NCBI GenBank assembly: GCA_964016885.1
Contig: OZ024760.1
Span: 12,152,001 to 12,216,000, forward strand
Source: Eledone cirrhosa
Lineage: Eukaryota
DNA length: 64,000 bases
Direction of reading: 5' to 3'
Of the stretch, positions 1 to 15,145 are shown piece after piece. The position numbers were made by a program, and so were the translations under genes. Under the pieces are notes generated by a model, which was not told the origin of the DNA, made no database searches, and worked only from the letters and a program-made list of their open reading frames with translations. Each line of letters begins with the position of its first letter. Position 1 is the first letter of the stretch.

Positions 1-105
1 CATTTACCAGTGGTTTCTTGAAAGCAAGCAAATTTGCTTTCAGTCATCAGTGGATTTGCAAAACGTTTTTCAAATCCACTTTCAATAAACACACCAGGAT
101 TTTTT

Positions 106-160
106 CATTCTGATGACTGAAAGCAAATTTGTTAGCTTTCAAGAAACCACTGGTAAAAGA
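106..160 (+). ncRNA. Type I hammerhead-ribozyme-like motif, with an inverted copy at 1-50 on -
   Basis: CTGATGA 110-116, stem II TGAAAGC/GCTTTCA, GAAA 143-146, stem III ACC-act-GGT, GTA triplet 153-155. Stem I is catt/aaag (catt/aatg using the inverted arm). Confidence 0.6.
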
Positions 161-411
161 AATAATTATCTTATGTTGTTTATTACATAACTAAATATAT
201 ATATATATATTTCTTCTGATGAAAAACTAGCGCCCAAAACGTTAAGACCCTCTTCTTGATATTTCAAGCGTTAACTTAATATATTCCTGATGATTTCCTT
301 CGAATGAAACAGTTCTAGTCCTGTAGAAGCCATTTCTATATTAAATATTTATACTCTACTATGTATTGAGTACTCACTGTGGTTACCCCCGATTGAACCC
401 AGGATACACAC

Positions 412-519
<108 letters not shown>

Positions 520-584
520 ATTGACCATTTACAGAAGTCCCACCCATATTAAATTGTAATTGTTGTTTGATTTTGATTACCTAG

Positions 585-1274
585 GTCCCCGCTGTGGAGC
601 AGTAGCAGACAGGTGGTGCCATCTATGTCACCCATACAATACAGTGGTCAACCCAGTTCCAGTTATAAGAAGTCAGGACAGTCATTTGGTCACTCCTCCT
701 CTCAGCGGGCCTCTCTCTCTAATTACCACCACGACAGTCCACTACCTTCTTCTTCTTCGTACAACAACAGGAAGATGTCCCCAAATGCTTCGGGCTATTC
801 GCAGCTGTCTTACCAGTCATCGCATGCTGTCGTTCCTGAAGATACCTTCAGTCGCGTGGCCCTTGGTCGGTCCTATCTACAGAATCACAGACGTTGTACT
901 CTCACCGACCGTTTTAAAATGCTTGAACCGGAGACCTCTTTCCACTTTGATGAAAACATCACTATTGGTATTCATCGAAACTCACAGGTAGCACCTGGGT
1001 CTCCCCAACCTGTTCGACGGGATTTCAATCCCTATGAATTTGTGATGATCCGACAGAAGAACGAAGGAGCAAGGGCCCTCTTTGATCGAGAGGAACTGCG
1101 CCAATATAGCATCATTGATGTGGGCGAGGAGGAGCTTGGCTACAAAGAACTTCGTGTTGTGACTGTGGCCTCTCACGAAAGAGGGGATTACCCTGAACTG
1201 AGCGATGAGGAGTTCCGTAGCTGGTCGCCATCATATGTGGCTACCGAAGATGAGGTACATGGTTACCTTGATAG
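585..1274 (+). CDS. Gene 1 internal exon (upstream exons lie outside the window). Ser/Arg-rich protein, possibly BCLAF1/THRAP3-like
   Basis: Acceptor cctag|G at 584/585, donor AG|gtgagt at 1274/1275, open frame SPLWSSSRQVVPSMSP...CTLTDRFKML...ITIGIHRN...EGARALFDREEL...HGYLDR. Phase 2-2. Confidence 0.85.
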
Positions 1275-1591
1275 GTGAGTAAATGTGATTTTCAACGCAG
1301 TATTCATCAACATCATTATCATCACCATCATCACTACCACCCCCACCATTATCATCATCATCGCTTCCACCACCACCATTAACATCATCATCATCACCAC
1401 TGCCACCATCATCAACATTATCACCCCATCATCATCATTATCATCATCGTTTAACATCTGATTGTGGTATTAGTACAACACCTTACAGAGTGGCCTGGGT
1501 GCTTTTTTGTCATTTCACCAGCAAAGCCTCCTTGCAGGGTTGACTGGGTGCTTTTCATTGTGGTACCAGTATAACCACCTTTATATATATA

Positions 1592-1623
<32 letters not shown>

Positions 1624-1818
1624 CACACACACACAAGCAAGGAAAGGCGGACGTAAAATGATGATGTTGATATGATGACACATGCTCCAATAGTTTCTGT
1701 AAACTAAATTTTATTCACCAGGCATTGGTTAACCTAAGGCTGTAGTAGAAGATACTTGCCTGAGGTGCCATGCTGCGGGAGTGAACCAAACCCGAAACCT
1801 GTCAAGTGACTTCTTTAA

Positions 1819-2373
1819 CTCTTTAGCATTTACATTACTTTATATATACTATTGTATATTCATGGTAAAGGCTTTACCTCACATAATATCTCACATAACA
1901 TTTACATTACTCTATATATACTATTGTATATTCATGGTAAAGGCTTTACCTCACATAATGTCTCACATAACATTACTCTATATATACTATTGTATATTCA
2001 CGGTAAAGGCTTCACCTCACATAATATCTCACATAACATTTACATTACTCTATATATACTATTGTATATTCATGGTAAAGGCTTTACCTCACATAATATC
2101 TCACATAACATTTACATTACTCTATATATACTATTGTATATTCATGGTAAAGGCTTTACCTCACATAATGTCTCACATAACATTACTCTATATATACTAT
2201 TGTATATTCATGGTAAAGGCTTTACTTCACATAATATCGAATCTATGAGATGTTGATATCATTTATTTTGAGAACAATACCTTAATGTTGGATGAGCAGC
2301 CAGTTACAGCTGGTTTGAACAGAAAGAGGTGAGAGAATTCTGGCTTGATACGGTCGGTTTAAATGTTAAAGGG
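1819..2373 (+). mobile_element. piggyBac-type MITE (TTAA TSD) with internal ~72/66-bp tandem array
   Basis: TTAA|CTCTTTAGCATTTA ... TAAATGTTAAAGGG|TTAA. Confidence 0.75.
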
Positions 2374-2402
2374 TTAAACAAACAAATCTCTATATTTTGC
2401 AG

Positions 2403-2486
2403 GCAACGTAAGAAGAGATACGAAGGATCCAGACCCGTATCTAGTCAACGAAGTAGCCATGATCGCTGGACAGGTGAAAGTGGCAG
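2403..2486 (+). CDS. Gene 1 exon (RQRKKRYEGSRPVSSQRSSHDRWTGESG)
   Basis: ttttgcag| acceptor, AG|gtaagt donor, 84 bp, phase 2-2 matches neighbours. Confidence 0.85.
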
Positions 2487-2790
2487 GTAAGTAACCTTTT
2501 TCATGAATTACACCTATTGGTTTCCATGGTAATTGATACATTGATATTGTGATATATATTGATTTGATTCCCTTTAATGGAAATCACTGTGTGGTATTAT
2601 ATATAGATATGTTGATAGTACTAGTGTTATCTCTAGCTGTTGCTTCAGGTAACAAACTCTTGTATCTGATAGAATTTCATTTCAAACTTTATATTTTATA
2701 TTGCTTTCTCTTCTACCTAACTCTCATAAATCTTTTCATACCACAGATGTATTGTTTTATTATACAATATCTATTATATAGATATTGTGC

Positions 2791-2841
<51 letters not shown>

Positions 2842-2911
2842 TATGAGTATAGGTATACATATGTATAAGTATATGTATACATATACATAACTATATGTAT
2901 CTGTGTACTGA

Positions 2912-2942
<31 letters not shown>

Positions 2943-5900
2943 AATGACTTGGTCTTTGAAGACCCGTCCCACCCTTGCTAGCAAGGAAAGCGGACGTTAA
3001 ACGATGATGATGATGATGATGATGACGATATACTAAAGCAACATCACCCTCCATGATTATTCCAAACTAGATTTGTTATAACATTCATTTAAGGAGGTTG
3101 ATACCTTTCACCCACATACACCTGCATATATAATCTTCAGATATATTTGTGTGTGTATGTGTGGTGTCTCTTACCTACAAGGTGTACTTAGGGTTAAATG
3201 AAAGCCCTGTGGGAATTAAACCAAGATTATTATTACCAGGAAGGTGGTACAAGTAAATATAAACACCTAGCCTTTGTTGATGCAAAAATTTGTAATAAAA
3301 ATAATAACAATATTACCAACAGCAATGATCATCAACATTATCACAAGTCAATGGATGTGTAAAATAATTTCAATTGAAACCTTATGATGGAATCTTTCTT
3401 ATCAAAGTCAAAAGAATCAAAAAACCAAATTTCACCTTGTGATTTGACCACATTCAAGTTTGGACAGAAATGTTGCTTTTTCTTTTTTTTTTTATTATCT
3501 GCAATTCCAAATAAATTCATGAAATATTTAAATATTTAAGACTGATTCGCAACATCTCATCTAAATATACCAGAAATATAAAAAAAAAAAAGAAGAAATA
3601 TCCTATTTAACCAAAAAAAAAAACAACTAAAGACTAAAAAAAACAAATATTTTCTTATTTAACCTAAAAACAACAACTAAAGACTAAAAAGAAACAAGCT
3701 AATGATGGAGTTTCTAAGTGGTTCTTGAAACTGCTAGAAATGTCAGTCAAATTGTCATCAAATTACACAATACCATCTTTAAAAAATAAGGAAGAAAATA
3801 TTGACTAAAAAAAAAGATGGGATGTTTATTGTTCCTAGATTTTCCCAGTCTGGAGCAATGTCAGTCATATGTTGTCAGTTCTGAAGTGATAAAATACTAT
3901 TGACTGTGTTACATGATATGTCTAACAACTAGCTTATAATCCCTTTATCTGACCAGCTTGAAACTATTGAGGATCTTAGGATTATGAACCTTGTTAAAAT
4001 ATCCATGTTGCTTAGTCGGATGCTAGTTAAATCTTGGCAGGTGTCAGCCAAAGCAATGACAAGAACAACAACAACATATTGAATATTGCTATAATTGAAA
4101 TGTTAAGACAAACAGAAGCCTGTGTGGACCCAAATACTGATTATTTCTTAATTGCAACACTACAAACCTGCTTCTTTACTTGGACCACTAAATTGCAGGA
4201 CATAAACAAATATTAAAAACTGACACATACACGTTGGAGTACTTTTTATTTTCTGTAACTCCTTTGTAATCCTGTCTCTATTTTTCTACTCCTGAAGAAG
4301 GGCTAAAGCCTGACACATTGAACTTTCTTTCCCCTTTTCCATATAAAGCATGAAACTAAGACTTTTTGTACCTCCTTGAACATTATATATTTATATATTT
4401 TCTCTCCTAACCTCACCCATCAACAGAACAATAGTAAACAAACACGACCTACCAAGACCCACCACACTAAGTACAAATACTCCGCCACAACAAAACACTA
4501 CATTTAACACAATAAAACAAGGTCCACCACAAACAAAATATACACAACAGGCTTCTGTTCAGTTTCTGTCACAAGGCAATAGTTGACCCACGGCTATATC
4601 TAAAATAGAAGACATTTGCCCACTATGCCCCACAGTTGGGGACAGGACCTGCAACGGTGTGGTTTGTGGTTGGGAAGTAAATTCTTTTACCAGTCATTTT
4701 GAAAATCTATTTTTATTTCCATCATATGACTTTTTTTTTTTTAATATCTGAATAATCCAAAACAGACTTTGGGAACTAGATAACAGCTTGGAAAAAACCA
4801 TATGATGATAGTATTGGTGATGACAATGATGATGATAATAATTGTTTCTAATTTAAGCACAAGGCCGTCAGTTTATCGGGTGCTGGACTTCAGTATTGTA
4901 CTGGTATTTTATTTTATCAACTTTCTCCTTCTAGACAATGTTTTACAGCCAGATGTCCTTCCTAATGCCAACCACTTTCAGTTCCCTATCACAACACCTG
5001 ATAATGAATAAATCTGCATACATTAACAACCTACCTACATACAAAAAGACCCTTACATACTAGAAATTCTATTGAAGTAATGAAGTTAAACAAAACTTCA
5101 GAGTTTTTATTAAGTGAGTCTCCTTCATTGAAACCTTGGACAAGATTATTAAGGTTATTGTGCCAGTCCGAAACAAATGAGGTCGTGTAGGTGTCACAAC
5201 AAAAAAAAACACAGTCCACGCTGTAATGTGGCTGTGTAGGTAACACAGTAAAAACCTCCCAGTCCACACTGTAAATGTGGTTGGTGTTAGGAAGGGCATC
5301 CAGCCGTAGAAAACGAGCAAGACAACCAATCTTGCCTCAAGTGGGAAAATTCCCGTCCAAACCCATGCTAGCGTGGAAGATGGACGTTAAACGATGATGA
5401 TGATTGTTTTAACTACTTATAATATTATATTACGAAAATTAGAGACTGCTGTAGATTGTCAAATTGCTGCTGGTTTGGATAATTTTCAAGTTCACTTCTT
5501 TATCAGTCTCTTTGCTAGGTCTTTTGATAGAAACCCAGCCAAAACCACTTCTGGTTCTATGAAAATATACCATTCATTTTAAAGGGTTCCTATTTAAATT
5601 AAAATCTTCCAACATTATTTGATATAAGAACCTTTTACTAAGTTATGTTACAAATACCATTTTAATAATGAAATAATTAATAATTTTAGTAAATCTCTTC
5701 AAGTTCTTCAGCCAAAACCAGCTCTGGTCCTATGAAAATACACCACCCATTTTAAAGGGTCCCCATTTAAATGATCTTTGATATAAAAACATTTTGCTAA
5801 GTTATGTTACAACTTAATAATTAAATAATTAATAGTTTTAGTAAATCCTTCCAAGTTCTTCATTAATTAATTCTAGTACACACATATGACCCCACATACA

Positions 5901-6000
5901 TAGAAAAAACTGCAAAAGAAAAAATACACAACAGGTAATTTTTGAATGATGAATTTTTTAAAGGTTGATACAAATTTTAATGAATATGAACACTAATAGT

Positions 6001-6343
6001 ATTCCAACCGACACCTGTGATATTTCAACCAACACACCTGTGATATTTCAACCAACACACCTGTGATATTTCAACCAACACACCTGTGATATTTAAACCA
6101 ACACACCTGTGATATTTAAACCAACACACCAGCGATATTCCAACCGACGCACCTGTGATATTCCAACCAATGCACCTGTTATATTTTAATCAACACACCT
6201 TTGATATTCCCATCAACGCACCTGTGATATTCCCACCAACGCACCTGTGATATTCCAACCAACGCACCTGTAATATTCCAACCAACGCACCTGTGATATT
6301 CCAACCAATGCACTTGTTATATTTTAATCAACACACCTTTGAT
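6001..6343. repeat. 23-bp minisatellite (caaccaacacacctgtgatattt)
   Basis: Visible tandem copies. Confidence 0.9.
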
Positions 6344-7149
6344 ACAAGACAATACAAAATATTGGTTATTTTAGAATTTTTCTTGACATTTTAAACAAAG
6401 AAAATATTGCAAATAAACCAAACACTAAAAATCTACATTTTTATTTCTTTAAAACACCAAAATAAATTGTATAAAATGATTGAAAATTGAATACATTAAC
6501 TGTGACAATTCTTCAGAAATAATTAGAAAATTAATTAATTGATTGCTATAAAAAAAAAAATATTAAAATGCTAATTAAAAGAAAAAAAAACAACTCTACG
6601 TCAAGCAATTGAATAGAATTTTGCCACAATGAGAAACTCGCAAGTACTCAGCTACTGCTGTTTTTTAACATCTTGTACCACAGGAAACTACATTGGTAAA
6701 GACATTCTTGAAAAGTATAAGACAACATTATGACTTCATTGTATTAAATATTAAGTCTTTTGCTCAAATACTGCAAATTTCCACAACAATCTGTCCACTA
6801 TTAAAGACACTATAAACATTCAAATTAAAAAAAGAAAGAAAACCAAACCACATGAAGCCTTATTAGCAAGATATTGTTGAAAAGTACAAACCATGACTAT
6901 GACTGCATCACATTACAAATGAAAGGTTCCACAGCTCTACTCTAATACTACAAATTTTCTCAATGAGTAAAGCTACTATAAATATATGCAACTATAACCA
7001 AACCTGTCTTTCGATGTTTTCTCTTAAACCATCACAGGTTAAGAGCTGTGCATATCTTTCAAATGAGATTATAATACATCAATTGTGCATCGTAAATAAA
7101 TGGTGAAGGCTAAGGAGATAGGACTTCTACTTCTTCGTCGTCGCATTTG

Positions 7150-7511
7150 CCCACTTATTCCTGAGAGGGTCGTGGAAACATGACTAAGAATTCGCCCAGT
7201 TATTTCTGAGAGGGTCATGGTGATATGAAGTCTTCTTCTTCTTCACCTTCTTGTTCCTGAGAGGGTCGTGGAAATATGAAGTCTTCTTCACCTTCACTCG
7301 CTTGTTCCTGAGAGGGTCGTGGAGATATGACTAAGAATTCACCCACTTATTCCTGAGAGGGTCGTGGAGATATGACTAAGAATTCACCCACTTATTCCTG
7401 AGAGGGTCGTGGAGATATGACTAAGAATTCACCCACTTATTCCTGAGAGGGTCGTGGAGATATGACTAAGAATTCACCCACTTATTCCTGAGAGGGTCGT
7501 GGAGATATGAC
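7150..7511. repeat. ~43-bp tandem array derived from an RTE-like 3' end (ttcctgagagggtcgtgga...)
   Basis: Unit cccacttattcctgagagggtcgtggagatatgactaagaattca. Shares tcctgagagggtcgtgg with 17220. Confidence 0.85.
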
Positions 7512-7686
7512 AAAGGAGGGAGAAGGTTTTATCATTGGAGGAATATTTTATCCGTAACTGCAATGTTTTCGCTGCTGTGTGTTTTTATTCTGTAAGCACC
7601 ATTCCGAAATGTGGCTGCACTTCTGGATTTATTGTCTTCTTGATTTCTTAGCCTTAAGCCCTTATCCCGTTTCTTATTTATCTAAG

Positions 7687-7851
7687 GATGAAGCCATTAA
7701 ATAGCTCTCCACACTACTATGGTGGTGGAATGCCTGCGTACCCCGAATCCAGCCGGGGCCAGTCAAGGGATTGGGAACGGATGGAGCGTGTACAACATAA
7801 CCCTGATGACCTGCGCCATAGTATTAACGCTAGGTTCATAGGATCTCCAAG
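7687..7851 (+). CDS. Gene 1 exon (MKPLNSSPHYYGGG...QHNPDDLRHSINARFIGSPR)
   Basis: ttatttatctaag| acceptor, AG|gtaagt donor, 165 bp open frame, phase 2-2, GC-richer than flanks. Confidence 0.8.
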
Positions 7852-8269
7852 GTAAGTTGCTTCCTTTTAAATACCGTCCATAAAGTAATGGGATTTTGTT
7901 TTTTTTTTCAGTTATAAATACCAATTTTTTAAAAACTTTATCACTTGACCAGAAGTGTGTAAGGAAAGGGTTACAGTTAATTAAATCAAACAGAAATAGG
8001 AATCCCCCCCCTCTCCCCCTTTGGTCATCACTGACCCTGGGTTTCACCTGGAAAGTTAATGATGGGACCCATATTAAAACACCCAAGAAACCTATGAGAT
8101 GCAACCTTGTAGGAAGTCAGCTAAACCTACATCAATAATATATATATATATGTGTGTGTGTTTGTATATATATATATAGTAATAATAATAAATGTAAAGT
8201 CTAAAATCTGAAGAGGGTTCGATACGGATAAATATATATCAAATATATAAGAACCATAGAGCAAATATT

Positions 8270-8386
8270 TATTAAAATAACAGATTAAAGTTTAAGCAAA
8301 GAATCGCTGCTTTCTGAGTTTCAGAAGATCCCGTTAAGGGTGAACGCAGCGATTCTTTGCTTAAACTTTAATCTGTTATTTTAATA
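8270..8386. repeat. Fold-back with ~45-bp arms around a degenerate hammerhead-like centre. A single-arm relative lies at ~58500-58585.
   Basis: tattaaaataacagattaaagtttaagcaaagaatcgctgc and its reverse complement. Centre cagaaga-tccc-gttaa-gggt-gaa. Confidence 0.85.
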
Positions 8387-9904
8387 TATATATATATGTA
8401 TGCATGGTATAACTGGGGTCCCTGCCATTAAAAAAACACACTGAAAACACCTCTTACGAGATACCTCATTGGAGATGAGCTAAACCTACATAGATGTCAG
8501 TTGTAACATCATCAACAATATATATATGAGAGAACTGGGGTCCCTATCATTAAAAAAAAAAAAACCATTGAAGAAACATCTAATGGCATCCAGCCTGTAA
8601 CAACCACAATAATATGTGTGTGACAGCTCACACCTATGTAGGTTTAGCTGGCCTCCAAGGTATATCTCGTTGGAGGAGACCAGGTCCTGGGTGATTCAAT
8701 GATAGGGACCCCAGTCCCTATCATCTCATTTCTACAGCTGAGTAAACTAGAGCAACGTGAAATAAAGTGTCTTGCTCAAGGAAACAACACATCACCCGGT
8801 CCGAGAATTGAACTCACAACCTTTCTATTGCAAGCCCAATGCTCTAACCACTGAGCCATGCGCCTTCACAATAATATATATATATATTAAACATGGTGGG
8901 GCTGGAGTTCCTGTCATTTAAAAAAAACCACCCAAGAAACCTGTGAGATGGAAGCTTGTAAGAGACCAGCTAAACCTATACGGTTGTGAGTTGTAACTAC
9001 AATAATATATATATATGTGTGTGTATATATCATACTTGATAGGACTGGGCCCTCGTTCATGAAGCACCCAAGAAACCCCTTAAGAGATGAACCTTATAAG
9101 AAGCCATCTAAACCGACATAGGTACCAACTAACATTAACAACAATATATATATATGTAATTAGAGTTGAGTTTCAGTTGAAGAGAGAATATTCACTGCTA
9201 ACTTTTAGATATTTGTTAGTCTTGGTTTATGTTTTTGTTTTTTTTACCTCATTTCTTCAAAGACAAACATCTCATTGTGAGGATCACATAATCCAAAACC
9301 TAAACTTGTCGAACCCTTGCTAGAAGGGGGAAAAAAAAACTGATGTTAAATGATGATAGCATTAAGAAGGGCATCCAGCTGTAGAAAACAAGTCAAAATC
9401 AGTCCCATGTGTGCAAATCAAGGGCCTCTGACCTGATCTCTCACAAAGGGACAGCCCGTCCTAGTTAGCATGGAAAATGGATGATAAACGATGATGATGA
9501 AACTAAGACTCTCACTTCTAATCCAAATCTGTTGTATCAGTTTATTATATAAATGGAACACATGTGGGATTGTAAGTATTAAATTGGGCTCCATCAACCC
9601 GGCCATACAACATGTAGCACCTTCAATTTTCTGTTGAATTATTAGCATTTGGAAGAGTGTTTGCCCACCAAAAGCTGCTGCTGCAACTGATATATAAAAA
9701 AAAAATTTAAAATCTGTAGAATTGTTCAACATAAGAAGCCCCTCCTCTTTGGTCATGGCAGACCATAGGGCTGCACCTAGGAAGATCCACATCAAGCTAC
9801 AGGTATGGGCATCGTGCTCTTTTGGAAGACCAACAGTCACCTGTGCATGCAAGTCTCCTCTTTTCTCACCACTGATGTTGTCCAAGGGAAAGGCAAGGGC
9901 TGAC

Positions 9905-12835
9905 ACAGCTTGACACCAGTGACATCACACCTCATACACTATATATTCACAGGTTGGTACCATTGACATCACACCTCATACACTATATATACACAGCTTG
10001 GTACCATTGACATCACACCTCATACACTATATATACACAGCTTGGTACCATTGACATCACACCTCATACACTATATATACACAGCTTGGTACCATTGACA
10101 TCACACCTCATACACTATATATACACAGCTTGGTACCATTGACATCACAACTCATACACTATATATACACAGCTTGGTACCATTGACATCACAACTCATA
10201 CATTATACATAGATTATATATACACAGCTTAGTACCAGAATCATCACACATTACATATACACAGCTTGCTACCAGAATCATCACACATTAAATATACACA
10301 GCTTAGTACCACACATTATATATACACAGCTTAGTACCAGAATCATCACATTATATATATACACAGCTTAGTACCAGAATCATCACACATTATATATACA
10401 CAGCTTAGTACCAGAATCATCACACATTATATATACACAGCTTAGTACCAGAATCATCACACATTATATATACACAGCTTGGTACCAGAATCATCACATT
10501 ATATATATACACAGCTTAGTACCAGAATCATCACACATTATATATACACAGCTTAGTACCAGAATCATCACACATTATATATACACAGCTTAGTACCAGA
10601 ATCATCACACATTATATATACACAGCTTGGTACCAGAATCATCACATTATATATATACACAGCTTAGTACCAGAATCATCACACATTATATATACACAGC
10701 TTAGTACCAGAATCATCACACATTATATATACACAGCTTAGTACCAGAATCATCACACATTATATATACACAGCTTAGTACCAGAATCATCACACATTAT
10801 ATATACACAGCTTAGTACCAGAATCATCACATTATATATATACACAGCTTAGTACCAGAATCATCACACATTATATATATACACAGCTTAGTACCAGAAT
10901 CATCACACATTATATATACACAGCTTAGTACCAGAATCATCACATTATATATATACACAGCTTAGTACCAGAATCATCACACATTATATATACACAGCTT
11001 AGTACCAGAATCATCACACATTACATATACACAGCTTGCTACCAGAATCATCACACATTAAATATACACAGCTTAGTACCACACATTATATATACACAGC
11101 TTAGTACCAGAATCATCACATTATATATACACAGCTTAGTACCAGAATCATCACATTATATATACACAGCTTGGTACCAGAATCATCACATTATATATAC
11201 ACAGCTTAGTACCAGAATCATCACATTATATATACACAGCTTGGTACCAGAATCATCACACATTATATATACACAGCTTGGTACCAGAATCATCACATTA
11301 TATATACACAGCTTGGTACCATAATCATCACATTATATATACACAGCTTGGTACCAGAATCATCACACATTAAATATACACAGCTTGGTACCATAATCAT
11401 CACATTATATATACACAGCTTGGTACCAGAATCATCACATTATATATACACAGCTTGGTACCAGAATCATCACATTATATATACACAGCTTAGTACCAGA
11501 ATCATCACATTATATATACACAGCTTGGTACCAGAATCATCACATTATATATACACAGCTTGGTACCAGAATCATCACATTATATATACACAGCTTGGTA
11601 CCAGAATCATCACATTATATATACACAGCTTAGTACCAGAATCATCACATTATATATACACAGCTTGGTACCAGAATCATCACACATTATATATACACAG
11701 CTTGGTACCAGAATCATCACATTATATATACACAGCTTGGTACCATAATCATCACATTATATATACACAGCTTGGTACCAGAATCATCACACATTAAATA
11801 TACACAGCTTGGTACCATAATCATCACATTATATATACACAGCTTGGTACCAGAATCATCACATTATATATACACAGCTTGGTACCAGAATCATCACACA
11901 TTAAATATACACAGCTTGGTACCATAATCATCACATTATATATACACAGCTTGGTACCAGAATCATCACATTATATATACACAGCTTGGTACCAGAATCA
12001 TCACACATTATATATACACAGCTTGGTACCAGAATCATCACATTATATATACACAGCTTAGTACCAGAATCATCACACATTATATATACACAGCTTGGTA
12101 CCAGAATCATCACATTATATATACACAGCTTGGTACCAGAATCATCACATTATATATACACAGCTTAGTACCAGAATCATCACATTATATATACACAGCT
12201 TGGTACCAGAATCATCACACATTATATATACACAGCTTGGTACCAGAATCATCACATTATATATACACAGCTTGGTACCAGAATCATCACATTATATATA
12301 CACAGCTTAGTACCAGAATCATCACACATTATATATACACAGCTTGGTACCAGAATCATCACATTATATATACACAGCTTAGTACCAGAATCATCACACA
12401 TTATATATACACAGCTTGGTACCAGAATCATCACATTATATATACACAGCTTGGTACCAGAATCATCACATTATATATACACAGGTTGGTACCAAAATCA
12501 TCACACATTATATATACACAGCTTGGTACCAGAATCATCACACATTATATATACACAGCTTGGTACCAGAATCATCACACATTATATATACACAGGTTGC
12601 TACCATTGACATCACATTATATATACATTATATATAATGTTCAAGGTAACGGCAAGGGCCAATGCAGCTTGACCCCAGTGACATCATACCTCATACATAC
12701 ATTATATATACACAGGCTGGTACCAGAGTCATCCCACCTCATATATACATTATACACACATTATATATACACAGCTTGGTACCAGAGTCATTACACCTTA
12801 TATATACACTATTTATACACAGCTTGGTACTTGTG
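9905..12835. repeat. ~2.9-kb 35/37-bp minisatellite (44-bp units at left edge) embedded in a minus-strand SINE
   Basis: Unit acacagcttggtaccagaatcatcac(ac)attatatat, flanked by SINE body at 9870-9930 and 12840-12960. Confidence 0.92.
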
Positions 12836-13179
12836 TCATCACAACTCATTTTATTTCTTCATCTGAGTAGACTGGAAGAATGTGAAGTAAAGTGTCTTGC
12901 TCAAGGACACAACATGCAGTCTGGTCCAGGAATCAAAACTCCACCCTAACATCTGTGAGCCTAACAATGGTAATCTTTAAACCTTTGTCATTCAACTTAG
13001 GATTATATAAAACATACACTGCTGAAATGAGCTGTCATCTCTTATCCTTTACATATTAAGATGTCCAAACCTAAAACTTCCAAGAAATCCATAAAAGAAT
13101 CCCGCTCTACTTTATGATATCCCTCTATTGTTTGTGTTGATTTATGCTTGCTTCTAGCTGTGTTTTTGTTTATCTCTAG

Positions 13180-13241
13180 GAGAAAAATTGGACATGAAGA
13201 AGAGAGTTATATCGCTCGGGAATACACTTCTAAAAGAAGAG
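13180..13241 (+). CDS. Gene 1 exon (RKIGHEEESYIAREYTSKRR)
   Basis: tttgtttatctctag| acceptor, G|gtaaga donor, phase 2 to 1. Confidence 0.75.
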
Positions 13242-14789
13242 GTAAGACCAGAAATGGAGGTCCCATCTTTGCATATTAGAATTTTTGATCGTTTGAAAAG
13301 CCATTGCACTTCTGGAAGTCTTGTATACTCTGATTATAAAGACAGTCTACTCACAAGAACTTTCTGCATGGAATCTCTTGGAAAAATTACCTTATTTTAA
13401 ATGAAGGGAACTTGTTGATCATTCACTGAAAAATTACTTTTAACATCGTATGAATATGGTATTTATAACACATCAGTTCTATATAAAGAGGAAAAAAATA
13501 AATATACCTACATACATACATAAAATATGTTACCAAACACTGTTAGTTATATCATAGTTTACATATGTTTCATCCACCTGGGACTCTTCAGAATTAACCA
13601 AGATATAAATACCTCAACACGTTCATCTCAATTTGCTGGTTATATACATCATTTCATCACTTGCTGAACATGCCAAAAAAAAAAAAAAAAGAAAATTGAA
13701 GAAAAATGAATGGCAAGACATGAATAAGCTTATGGATTCACTGACTTCCATTGCATTGAAAAGGATAAAATGAAAACTGAATATCTAAAAACTAAAAAAA
13801 ACCATGTTGTATGTTATGAACTGAATTATTGGTGATTTAATATGAGAAAAGACAGTTATTGCCAGGGTTAACACATAAAAAAACTATTGTTTATCTAACA
13901 ATTGTAGACTGTTTCATAGGAAATGATTCTACAGTTGAGACAACAACAATGACAGTCTCTCAAAATGCTAGAATGTTTATTCTATTCCATATATATACAA
14001 AAAATTTTAACATCCTACCTTTATGATGAAAAGAAACAGCTATCTATGCAGTTGTTTGACAGGCTAGAAAAGGCAGCCAAATCATTCTCAAGTTTTACCC
14101 TACCAATCTTTAAAAACAAATGGTTGACTATACTGGATAACTCTGTCATGAAAAGGAGAAGATGGGACGGCCTTGGCTGGAACATCTGTCGGACAATGAT
14201 GATGGGACAGCCATGGCTGGAACGTCTGTCGGACAATGATGATGGGACAGCCTTGGCTGGAACGTCTGTCAGACCACGATGAAGATTCACCAAAGATTGC
14301 AAACTGCTGAACATGTAGACAAAAACTGAAGAGTTAACTGTGTTACCTGAATATGACTGCAGGAAATGAGGGAGGGGTATATATAAAAACAACAACAAAG
14401 CTCTTTTTTTTTTTTTTTAAAGGTAAGTTAACTACTGCATGTGAAAAGGTGCAGTGTAACCCACACCTGGTCTCGTTCGGATGACTGCCTAATTGCCATG
14501 AGTTTCTTTGATTAGGACTGATCTGGAACTAAACAACAGTAACATTAAAAATAATTGTTTCTACGTTTGGCACAAAGCAACATTAAAAATAATAACACCA
14601 GCAATAACAGCAACATTAAGAACAACAATAACAACAACGCCAACAGAAATAATTACAACACCACCAGCAATAACAACAACAATACCAGCAACAATAACAA
14701 CAGGAAACAATTTCTACATTTCACCACATTGAAAGAGAAGCTAAACCAATTGTCTACATATTTGGTAAAGCTGCTTTAAAAAACAAAAC

Positions 14790-15145
14790 TACTATACCAC
14801 GGCACCATACAACATTGCTTATACAACAGTACTATATAACATTGCTATACAACAGTACTATATAACTGTGCCATATAACATTACTATATAACATTGCTAT
14901 ACAACAGTACTATATAACAGTGCTATACAACTACTATACAACAGTACTATATAACTGCTATACAACACCACTATATAACTGTGCTATACAACACCACTAT
15001 ATAACCGTGCTATACAACACCACTATATAACCGTGCTATACAACACCACTATATAACTGTGCTATACAACACCACTATATAACTGTGCTATACAACACCA
15101 CTATATAACTGCTATACAACACCACCATACAGCAGTGCTGTACAA
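14790..15145. repeat. 26-bp minisatellite (tatacaacaccactatataactgtgc)
   Basis: Visible tandem copies. Confidence 0.85.

Noticed and set aside
560-991. 143-aa ORF overlapping gene 1 exon
   Set aside because: Alternate frame with a TTG start in the intron. The 613 frame fits splice phases.
8790-8868. tRNA-like sequences (also 23615-23685, 47840-47910, 45930-45950)
   Set aside because: A/B boxes continue into SINE bodies and lack a pairing acceptor stem. They are SINE heads or fragments, not tRNA genes.
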